From the sequence record PQ471515.1: a DNA stretch of 64,000 nucleotides; one strand, 5' to 3'. How positions within the stretch are numbered: the stretch's first letter is position 1; each line of letters starts with the position of its first letter. The notes under the pieces are model-generated. The model searched no databases, was not told where the DNA came from, and saw nothing but the letters and a program-made list of their open reading frames with translations. The translations under genes and the position numbers were made by a program. Positions 29,776 to 37,761 of the stretch are shown here, one piece after another.

Positions 29776-29802
29776 ATCCCTGTCTTTTGGCAGGGATTTT
29801 TT
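29776..29802 (+). terminator. Rho-independent terminator
   Basis: ATCCCTGTC/GGCAGGGAT followed by a T tract. Confidence 0.8.
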
Positions 29803-29897
29803 CTTTCTAGATATTGACAAAAGGATTAAACCATGAGAACATGTAGTAAAGGAAGAATGACATTCCATTAGGTTAGTTTAACTTAAAGGAGAAATAT

Positions 29898-30455
29898 ATG
29901 TTTTTTGACCAAACATTTACGTTGTACCATGATTCAGGTAAAGTTGAGATTATTGATAATCTGTTAGAGTACATTGCGGAACATGACGGTATAGACCGTT
30001 TCCACAGTAAGATGAAATTCGATTTAGCTGAATTCAACAAAAAGAATCGTGAAACATTTTGGAAGAACCGTTTCTATTACGAAATGTATCCAGAAAAGTT
30101 CGTAGGTTATTATCTTTGTACTGAAAAAGGATTACTTGTATCTCCTGATTTACTTATGGGTGAATACATGATACTCTATAATGAGTACTGGGAACATAAG
30201 CGTAATGCTCGTGACACTGAATGGCGACACAAGCGTTCGTATATGTACAAACATAACCACTCCCGATACAAACGTCCTAAGACCCAACAAGAGCGTCGTA
30301 TGGCTTGTGCAGTACTGAAGGATGAGGGGGAACCGGATATACGTGGAAGACGTAAGATGCGTTCACTACCATCGTATTGGGATGATATCAGAACAAGACA
30401 CAGTACTGGCTGGAAATACAGTACTAAACGTAAACATCAATACAAAGGGAGCTAA
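29898..30455 (+). CDS. Hypothetical protein with a basic C-terminus
   Basis: AAGGAG upstream; LPSYWDDI...WK motif. Confidence 0.75.
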   Translation: MFFDQTFTLYHDSGKVEIIDNLLEYIAEHDGIDRFHSKMKFDLAEFNKKNRETFWKNRFYYEMYPEKFVGYYLCTEKGLLVSPDLLMGEYMILYNEYWEHKRNARDTEWRHKRSYMYKHNHSRYKRPKTQQERRMACAVLKDEGEPDIRGRRKMRSLPSYWDDIRTRHSTGWKYSTKRKHQYKGS

Positions 30456-30473
30456 TGCTCCCTATTTTTATAG

Positions 30474-30812
30474 GTGAACTTTATGAACAAAATTGAAGTT
30501 GCTGTCGTGATTGGTTATATTGAAATTGAACAGTGTGGCATTGATACCTTTATTGACACTCTTAATAAGTACCGTTCAGAGTACAAGGGATACATTAGTC
30601 TTTCACCAGACGGTGGTTACGGTGGTTTTGATGGATACAATGTAATTTGGACCAGAGAAGAAACTGACGAAGAATACCATACACGAATTGAAGCTGAATC
30701 TAAAAGATGTGAAGAAATTGAACGTCAAGAAATGAAACACTTGATGAACAAGAAATCATTAAGTACCGAAGAGAAATCTAAACTGCTAAAATACATCAAG
30801 GATTACATGTAA
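30474..30812 (+). CDS. Hypothetical protein
   Basis: Contains WTREETDEEY. Confidence 0.7.
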   Translation: MNFMNKIEVAVVIGYIEIEQCGIDTFIDTLNKYRSEYKGYISLSPDGGYGGFDGYNVIWTREETDEEYHTRIEAESKRCEEIERQEMKHLMNKKSLSTEEKSKLLKYIKDYM

Positions 30813-31459
30813 TGAAAAATGTATCACAAGAAAAGATTCTGTACCTTGCAAAGTACAATGGTGGATTTAATATTACCAGTTGTGAATATCATGGTAACAT
30901 GGCTAAAATGATTGACGAGCTACTAGAAGGTAAAATGCTCCGTTGGGAGACAAATGACCTTTGGTACGAATATGCGGGTCAACAATGGGAAAGTGACTAC
31001 GATAATGCAATTCATACGTATACAATTACTAAAAGTGGTGAAGTACGTTTGGCTATCATGCGTTGTGCTTACACTTACAAAAATTTCAAAGATGAAGAAA
31101 AGCATATTCGCCGAAATGAAGAGTTAGTACACCTAATGGGTGAAGCTGGCATTACAATGCATGACTTGTTCAATGAACCAAGATGGACTGGGAATCTGAC
31201 CAAAGCAGAATACAAAGCATTGCGATACATCCAAGTACCAGAAATCAACAAACCAAAAGAATGTATTGATGATGGTGAACTAAGCCTCAAAAATGTATTT
31301 GAAAGTACCAGTACTGAAAGTATTGCTGATCTTTCAGTTCAGATGGCTATCAAAGCTATGGAACTATTCAAAACACAATATGATGGTGTTAATTCAGATG
31401 AAGTAGAGCGTGAGTTCATTACGCGAGTACAAATTGCATTACATAAATCAAAAAAGTAG
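30812..31459 (+). CDS. Hypothetical protein
   Basis: TAATG overlap with the upstream gene. Confidence 0.75.
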   Translation: MKNVSQEKILYLAKYNGGFNITSCEYHGNMAKMIDELLEGKMLRWETNDLWYEYAGQQWESDYDNAIHTYTITKSGEVRLAIMRCAYTYKNFKDEEKHIRRNEELVHLMGEAGITMHDLFNEPRWTGNLTKAEYKALRYIQVPEINKPKECIDDGELSLKNVFESTSTESIADLSVQMAIKAMELFKTQYDGVNSDEVEREFITRVQIALHKSKK

Positions 31460-31648
31460 GTTCATATGAAAATTTTACTTGTACTAATCGCCGTTCTTAT
31501 GGTATTATCTTGTTCAGTTAGTAATGGTTCATACATTTACGTATCAGTATTTGAAGAAGCACCAACGAACTGTGTATTAACTCATACTGGTATTGTGTTA
31601 GTTAATGGTAAACCATCAATCGAGTACTTATGTATAGGTGATTAAATT

Positions 31649-31882
31649 ATGAAATTTATTTCTATTGCAATTGTTTCAGCACTCATGATGTTAGTAACAG
31701 GCTGTGCTCCTAAAGTTCAGGAGGCCGATGCAGAGTTCATTCGCCAAAATTTAACTAAACTAAACTACGATGGTACACTATATGCATGTCATGAAATGCG
31801 TCATGGTCAAGACCTCAATTTAATGTGCAGAAAGATTGTGAATCGCAAACGTCTTAATACTGTTCCGAAGGATGCACAATGA
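31649..31882 (+). CDS. Small lipoprotein
   Basis: Signal peptide with lipobox LVTGC. Confidence 0.7.
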   Translation: MKFISIAIVSALMMLVTGCAPKVQEADAEFIRQNLTKLNYDGTLYACHEMRHGQDLNLMCRKIVNRKRLNTVPKDAQ

Positions 31883-32045
31883 AAGAAGTAATTGGTTACA
31901 AATGTAAAAATTGTGGCAAAGATAAGGGTAAGCATTCAGTACAAGGGATGGCTTGTCCAAATCCAGGACGTGGTAATTTCAGAGGGTTCAGTACTGAAAA
32001 GTCTTACGAACCGGATCATACCAAACCTGTAATGGGTTATAAATT

Positions 32046-32405
32046 ATGAGTGATTATGTGGCATTTCTTCATCGCTTTGGTGAAGCTCAAGAAAAACACA
32101 TTATCCGTATGCCAGCTTATGGTGAGAAAGACTGGTACAAAAGTACTATCAGCGTAGGTGCATTTCGTGACCGTGAAGCTGAATTCTTTCTTGGTAAGCA
32201 ACACGAACGTGAAGTTCTTTGTTCACTGTGGCGTTTAGATGAATGGGATAGTGAAAATTCCAGAACGGCTGAATCAATGCTGGCAGTTGTTGGTATTGCG
32301 AACTATCAGCACCCATATGATCTGTTACCTACGTTTACCCATGCTTCTTTGTTTGACTTTTACAAAGAAGTAGGGTATGATTATAAAAAGAAACGTTACA
32401 TTTAA
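32046..32405 (+). CDS. Hypothetical protein
   Basis: Packed ORF. Confidence 0.7.
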   Translation: MSDYVAFLHRFGEAQEKHIIRMPAYGEKDWYKSTISVGAFRDREAEFFLGKQHEREVLCSLWRLDEWDSENSRTAESMLAVVGIANYQHPYDLLPTFTHASLFDFYKEVGYDYKKKRYI

Positions 32406-32438
32406 TATCAGTACTGTTATAGTGGCAGTACTTTTTAA

Positions 32439-33065
32439 TTGGAGATTACAATGACTACATCTGAAAAGTACTGGTGGATTATGGGCCATCCTAAATTCAT
32501 CAACGGAGATATGGTTCCCCCAAGGATTGATATCGAACCACATGATGTGTGTCCAATCACAAACCGCATTGAATCATTTAAAGCTCTGAATACAAAGACA
32601 CAATTTTGGGTAGAATTCATCTCACCTATGTACGTTGAGCAAGATGATGAATGGGTACAAGCACATGATTATGAGTTAGATTGCGGTGGTGATACTTATG
32701 ATGAGGCAATTGATGAACTATACAAAAATGTGCTAAACACTTATGGTGATTACACCCAACAAGAAGCAGACGATACGTTTAATAAGGTCCATGCAGTCAT
32801 TTCTACATCATCAATTTACAATTCAACAAAAACAATTTGGGAAGAACGTCACGGGTGGAGTTCATCTGTAATTGATGCTGAAGCCAAAGAAACAATTCTG
32901 GAAGACATAAAAAATATAAAAAGTACAATAGAAGCCTTGCGTGAATTTATAAAGTCTTGTACAATAGAACAACAGAAAGAGGCAAAGATGCATTTGGAGA
33001 GTGAAGAATGTAAACTTTGGGTTCTAGAGAAATCATTTGAAAAGGGTATAGACTTAGACTTATGA
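32439..33065 (+). CDS. Hypothetical acidic protein
   Basis: GGAG upstream of ATG ~32451. Confidence 0.7.
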   Translation: MEITMTTSEKYWWIMGHPKFINGDMVPPRIDIEPHDVCPITNRIESFKALNTKTQFWVEFISPMYVEQDDEWVQAHDYELDCGGDTYDEAIDELYKNVLNTYGDYTQQEADDTFNKVHAVISTSSIYNSTKTIWEERHGWSSSVIDAEAKETILEDIKNIKSTIEALREFIKSCTIEQQKEAKMHLESEECKLWVLEKSFEKGIDLDL

Positions 33066-33430
33066 ATCGTAAACTTGAGAAACTAATTGAAGAATTGCGA
33101 CGGATGCCACCAATCGAGCAAGTGGGGAGCTACAAACGTTATCGTGTGATTGCTCGTGCACTAGATAAGAAAGGTCGTGTATTGGCAACACGTACTAATT
33201 CTTACACACATACTCACCCAGTACAGAAAGGTTTTGCAATCCGTGCTGGTCGTCCACAAGGTGAATTTCTTCATGCTGAAATCTCATGTTTGCTGGCTTC
33301 TCGTGCTGAAGTTCATACTTTGTTGATTGCACGGGTAAGTAAAGATGGTATTCCAGTCCCTGCCAAGCCTTGTGAGATTTGTACGTTGGCAATTATGGAA
33401 TATGGGGTCAAAGAAATTATTCACACATGA
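33062..33430 (+). CDS. Small cytidine-deaminase-fold protein
   Basis: LHAEISC and AKPCEIC zinc motifs. Confidence 0.75.
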   Translation: MNRKLEKLIEELRRMPPIEQVGSYKRYRVIARALDKKGRVLATRTNSYTHTHPVQKGFAIRAGRPQGEFLHAEISCLLASRAEVHTLLIARVSKDGIPVPAKPCEICTLAIMEYGVKEIIHT

Positions 33431-33658
33431 AAAAAATTGAACGCTACAAAAACCATACAGTTGTGGCTGAAGATGATATATTTTATTATTATATTTTCAG
33501 ACCCACACACTGTTTACAAATAACGACATTTGAGAATGATAATTTCAAAGATGTCTACTTCCATATAACAGATTTAGCAAAATATTCCAGTACTGAACAC
33601 TTTTCCAATTTAGTATTTGTGTACTGTATACCAAATCATAACATGTAAGGAGTCAACA

Positions 33659-34018
33659 ATGGCTAAAACTATTTCTTTAAAAAATGAAAATGTAGGACAA
33701 CGCAAAGATGGGTTCTTTGGATTCTCATGGACAACATTGTTCTTTGGTCCGTTCCCTGCATTGTTTCGTGGTGACTTTATTACGTTCATCGGTGCATTTG
33801 TAATTTACTTCATCCTCAACGCAGTGTCTTTTTGGATTGTGGGTACAATTGCAATGGTCGTGTGGGCATTTCTTTATAATAAGTACTACACTGTGAATCT
33901 CATCAAGAATGGGTATAAATTCAATGGTACACATGAAGAAAATGCTGAAGCTGCAATGGCGTTACAAATTGATCTAAACAAAAACAATACTGTAGATAAA
34001 AACAAAGAACCAGAATAA
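33659..34018 (+). CDS. Membrane protein
   Basis: GFSWTTLFFGPFPALFRGDF plus two TM segments; AAGGAG before ATG 33659. Confidence 0.75.
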   Translation: MAKTISLKNENVGQRKDGFFGFSWTTLFFGPFPALFRGDFITFIGAFVIYFILNAVSFWIVGTIAMVVWAFLYNKYYTVNLIKNGYKFNGTHEENAEAAMALQIDLNKNNTVDKNKEPE

Positions 34019-34237
34019 ATGGATCAATATGAGATAACTTACGATTATTATGGTAAGGCTTATATGAAGTGTGGTCGTTTTGTTGAACTATCGAATAGAG
34101 AAGCAATCGACCCACAAACCATTATATCCATCCATAACTCGTACTATAAAAAAATTACCATAGCTAATTTTGCAACATACGTAGATAATCCTATATTTCC
34201 GTATATTATTCATTTCTATTGTAGAGCTATAAAATAA
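34019..34237 (+). CDS. Small hypothetical protein
   Basis: Abuts the upstream stop. Confidence 0.55.
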   Translation: MDQYEITYDYYGKAYMKCGRFVELSNREAIDPQTIISIHNSYYKKITIANFATYVDNPIFPYIIHFYCRAIK

Positions 34238-34247
34238 GGTAAAAAAA

Positions 34248-34658
34248 ATGTTAGCCGATGATTTTATGTCTCTAAGTATCAAGATATTTGATATATTAGG
34301 TGATGAAATAGATTTCCATCTAAATGATAAAACTATACCACACGAAGATGGTGGGTATTTTTTCGCATTTGGTAATAAGTTCAATGTTGATTTTTCAATT
34401 CCGGTTCCTGATGGAAGTGATTATGCAGCATCAACATATTTTGAATTTCAGTTCAGTGGTCATACCGAGCGTTTACTAACATATAGACGTAAAGGAAATT
34501 TCAGTAGGCCAGAGATTATATTAATGGATTTTGAAAAACGCATAGAACTTGCCAAGAATAATCCATTCATCAGTACTTATGCGTTAAACCAATTCATTGA
34601 TCTATTTGATGGATATCCAGACAGAATACGAGGGTCGTTACGTATAAATGCAGAATGA
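34248..34658 (+). CDS. Hypothetical protein
   Basis: AAGG upstream. Confidence 0.65.
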   Translation: MLADDFMSLSIKIFDILGDEIDFHLNDKTIPHEDGGYFFAFGNKFNVDFSIPVPDGSDYAASTYFEFQFSGHTERLLTYRRKGNFSRPEIILMDFEKRIELAKNNPFISTYALNQFIDLFDGYPDRIRGSLRINAE

Positions 34659-34833
34659 AATCTTTAAAAAAGAATACGATGGTGAAAGTCTCTATGATAT
34701 TCAGCGAGACGTACATGAAGCATTCGATTCAAGATTTAACCCATTAGCTGGACAAATCCCACAAGATGAGTTTGGTTTCCAAGAAGGCACATTTACTGTG
34801 ACTATTACATGGAGTCCAGATGAGACTAGCTAA
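34648..34833 (+). CDS. Small hypothetical protein
   Basis: Overlaps the upstream gene. Confidence 0.65.
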   Translation: MQNEIFKKEYDGESLYDIQRDVHEAFDSRFNPLAGQIPQDEFGFQEGTFTVTITWSPDETS

Positions 34834-34934
34834 ACTTGTAATCGGATGCAGTGCAATTGCTGCATATATGTTTTTTGCCGCTCCAACCAATGTAGTACTG
34901 CTAATTTGGGCAGTTTTTATATTAGCAGTACTTT

Positions 34935-34960
34935 AAAAGCACCCTAGAGGTGCTTTTTCT
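34935..34960 (+). terminator. Rho-independent terminator
   Basis: AAAAGCACC/GGTGCTTTT. Confidence 0.8.
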
Positions 34961-34993
34961 ATTTGTGCAAATAAAAAGCAATGTGACCTTTCC

Positions 34994-35035
34994 TTGATAT
35001 AGATCAAGAGAAATACCCTGTTCTGACGCTATAAT
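34994..35035 (+). promoter_or_regulatory. FNR box (TTGAT-N4-ATCAA) and -10 TATAAT: class II FNR-dependent promoter of nrdD
   Basis: TTGAT 34994-98, ATAG, ATCAA 35003-07 and TATAAT 35030-35; the box centre falls at -41.5 if the -10 spans -12..-7. Confidence 0.8.
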
Positions 35036-35096
35036 GGTGTCTGGTGATGTTAAATAACTTCACCCCCAGATGATTTCAAAATACAAGGAAAGTAAA

Positions 35097-36902
35097 ATGC
35101 AATTAGATAAATTATATACTGACGTAACAAATTTCCTAAATCAGAGCAATACTGATCTTACAAATGAAAATGCAAACAAAGATGCGAAATGCGTCAATAC
35201 ACACAGGGATTTACTTGCTGGTATCCTATCTAAGCATTATTCACAAGATGTTATTCCAAAGGAGCTAATGCAGTGGCATAATGATGGTTATGGTCATATT
35301 CATGATTTAGACTACTATATCAGCCCATTAACTAACTGTTGCTTGGTTAACTACCCAGATATGCTAAAAAATGGATTTACCATTGGTTGTGCCAAAATTG
35401 AAGAACCAAAGAGTTTTAGTGTAGCATGTACAGTACTGACACAAATTGTACAAGCTGTTGCTAGTTCCCAGTACGGTGGTCAATCGTTGGCTCATATCGA
35501 CGTTGGTCTTGAACCTTACGTCCAAAAGTCGTGGGATAAGCTATTAGCGAAGCAAAAGGCATATAATCTCAGTACTGAATACATTGAGGAAGAATTACGA
35601 AAAGAAGTCTATGATGGGTGTCAAACCTTACTTTACCAGACAAATTCAATGATTAGTACAAATGGTCAAGCAGCATTCATTTCTCTTAGTTTAGGACTGA
35701 ATACTTCAAAATTTGGTAAATTAATCACTGAACAGTACTTAAAAGTACATGAGAATGGTTTAGGTAAAGATAAGATTACTCCTGTGTTTCCTAAAGTAAT
35801 TTTCTTTTTACAGGACGGAATCAACATGAATAGCGATGATTGCAACTATGACATGAAACAGTTGGCAATGCGTTGTGCATCGAAGAGAATCTACCCAGAC
35901 TTCGTTTCTGTGCCGTTAAATCACAAAGTTACAGGAAGTAGCAATACAGCAGTAACTCCGATGGGCTGTCGTTCATTTTTAGGAAAATGGGAAGATGCCA
36001 ATGGAAATGAGCAATATAACGGTCGTTTCAACTTAGGCGTAGTTTCTATCAATTTACCTCTAATTGCTCTTGAAAGTGCCTCAGATGGAGAGTTTTTTGA
36101 TAAAATAGACGAGCATATGAATATTGCATATCGTGCTCAGATGAACCGCGTAGAGCGTTTAAAAGGCACAAAAGCGAAGCAGAATCCGATTTTGTTCATG
36201 GAAGGTGCACTTTCACGTTTAGGGGCAGAAGAAACGATTGACAATCTATTTTATAACGGATATGCTAGTATTAGTATTGGTTACGTTGGTTTAGTTGAAT
36301 GTTCAGAAATTCTGACTGGTTCTATTAGTAAGGAGTTCTGTATGTCAGTACTGAATTATATGAAAGTAAAATGCGATGAGTTCAAAAAAGAGAGTAATAT
36401 AGCTTTTAGTCTATATGGAACCCCAGCAGAGTCACTTTGCTACAAATTTGCACGTTGCATCGAATCTAAATACCCTTCAGTACTAAAACGTGATTACATC
36501 ACAAATTCCTTCCATCAACCAGTATGGGTAGAAAGTTCACCATTTGATAAGTGGAGTTACGAAGAGGGCTTTGCTTACCTCAGTAATGGAGGAAACATCA
36601 GTTATGTGGAATCACCCAACCTAAGTAACAATATTCAAGCACTTGAGACTTTAGTCAATTACGCTTACACAAAGATTCCATATTTTGGCATCAACCAGCC
36701 AATTGACCAGTGTTACGAGTGTGGGTATAAAGGTGAGTTCAGTGTAGATAAACACGGTTTTCATTGTCCAGTATGTGATAATCGCAATGAGAAAACAATC
36801 TCAGTGATTCGTCGTGTTTCTGGATATTTGGGGAACCCATCGTCTCGTGGATTCAACAAAGGCAAACAACAAGAATGTTGTGAGCGTATACAACACAAAT
36901 AA
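35097..36902 (+). CDS. nrdD: Anaerobic (class III) ribonucleotide reductase large subunit, no ATP cone
   Basis: HIHDLDY, TNCCL, SSQYGGQS, TPMGCRSFL, YGTPAESLC, CYECG...CPVC and the glycyl-radical loop RRVSGYLG. Confidence 0.97.
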   Translation: MQLDKLYTDVTNFLNQSNTDLTNENANKDAKCVNTHRDLLAGILSKHYSQDVIPKELMQWHNDGYGHIHDLDYYISPLTNCCLVNYPDMLKNGFTIGCAKIEEPKSFSVACTVLTQIVQAVASSQYGGQSLAHIDVGLEPYVQKSWDKLLAKQKAYNLSTEYIEEELRKEVYDGCQTLLYQTNSMISTNGQAAFISLSLGLNTSKFGKLITEQYLKVHENGLGKDKITPVFPKVIFFLQDGINMNSDDCNYDMKQLAMRCASKRIYPDFVSVPLNHKVTGSSNTAVTPMGCRSFLGKWEDANGNEQYNGRFNLGVVSINLPLIALESASDGEFFDKIDEHMNIAYRAQMNRVERLKGTKAKQNPILFMEGALSRLGAEETIDNLFYNGYASISIGYVGLVECSEILTGSISKEFCMSVLNYMKVKCDEFKKESNIAFSLYGTPAESLCYKFARCIESKYPSVLKRDYITNSFHQPVWVESSPFDKWSYEEGFAYLSNGGNISYVESPNLSNNIQALETLVNYAYTKIPYFGINQPIDQCYECGYKGEFSVDKHGFHCPVCDNRNEKTISVIRRVSGYLGNPSSRGFNKGKQQECCERIQHK

Positions 36903-36910
36903 GGTACATT

Positions 36911-37237
36911 ATGGATTTAAAGCCAATTGTGGTTAACAAATATAAAGAACCGTATGATGTGTATATCGGTCGTGGGTCTAAATGGGGCAACCCATTTACC
37001 CATATCAGTGATAAACAGACCAAAGCCGAGTTCATTGTTGCTACAAGGGAAGAATCAATCGAAAAGTTCAGAGAATACATTATTGAGCGTATTTCTAACG
37101 GTGAAGTTCAGATTGATGATTTACTTGAGTTAGCAGGGAAACGTCTTGGTTGTTTCTGTAAACCGAAATCATGTCATGGTGATGTTCTCGTTGAGATAGT
37201 GAGTGCAATATTAGATGAATTACCAGACGATAATTAA
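36911..37237 (+). CDS. DUF4326-family protein
   Basis: VYIGRGSKWGNPF and LGCFCKPKSCHGDVL. Confidence 0.85.
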   Translation: MDLKPIVVNKYKEPYDVYIGRGSKWGNPFTHISDKQTKAEFIVATREESIEKFREYIIERISNGEVQIDDLLELAGKRLGCFCKPKSCHGDVLVEIVSAILDELPDDN

Positions 37238-37685
37238 AGACGACCTTATTAATGGGGAGGGAGTAAGATGCTCCCTTTTTGTTAGTGGATGCAGTCATGG
37301 GTGTGCCGGATGCTTCAACGAAGAAGCATGGGATTATAGAAGTGGACAAGAGTTCAGTACTGATACAATTGATATAATTTTAGCTGAACTCAGTAAGCCT
37401 TACGTTAGTGGATTATCCCTCCTTGGTGGAGATCCTCTAATGAAAAAGAACATAGAAACAATTTTAGAACTATGTAAGATTGTAAAAGAGACGTATCCCA
37501 ATAAAACTATTTGGTGCTGGAGTGGATATACTTTAGAAGAGATTATGAATAATCATGCTAAAGACATTCTTCAGTACTTAGATGTATTAGTTGATGGTAA
37601 ATTTGTTTCAGAAGAAAAGAATTTAACATTACCATTTCGTGGTTCAAATAACCAACGAATTTTATATAAAAATAAAGACTTTTAA
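37215..37685 (+). CDS. nrdG: Anaerobic RNR activating radical-SAM enzyme
   Basis: GCSHGCAGCFN (CxxxCxxC), LGGDPL, DVLVDGKF and FRGSNNQR. Confidence 0.95.
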   Translation: MNYQTIIKDDLINGEGVRCSLFVSGCSHGCAGCFNEEAWDYRSGQEFSTDTIDIILAELSKPYVSGLSLLGGDPLMKKNIETILELCKIVKETYPNKTIWCWSGYTLEEIMNNHAKDILQYLDVLVDGKFVSEEKNLTLPFRGSNNQRILYKNKDF

Positions 37686-37689
37686 ACAC

Positions 37690-37712
37690 AAGCACCCAAT
37701 GGGTGCTTTTTT
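37690..37712 (+). terminator. Rho-independent terminator
   Basis: AAGCACCC/GGGTGCTT followed by a T tract. Confidence 0.8.
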
Positions 37713-37761
37713 ATTACATTCATAAATACAGTAACTAATATCTAAATTACAAGGGATATGT

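Noticed and set aside
35027-35041. Possible NrdR box overlapping the nrdD -10 (ACGCTATAATGGTGT)
   Set aside because: It is only an imperfect palindrome with a weak match to the 16-bp consensus, and no tandem second box is evident.
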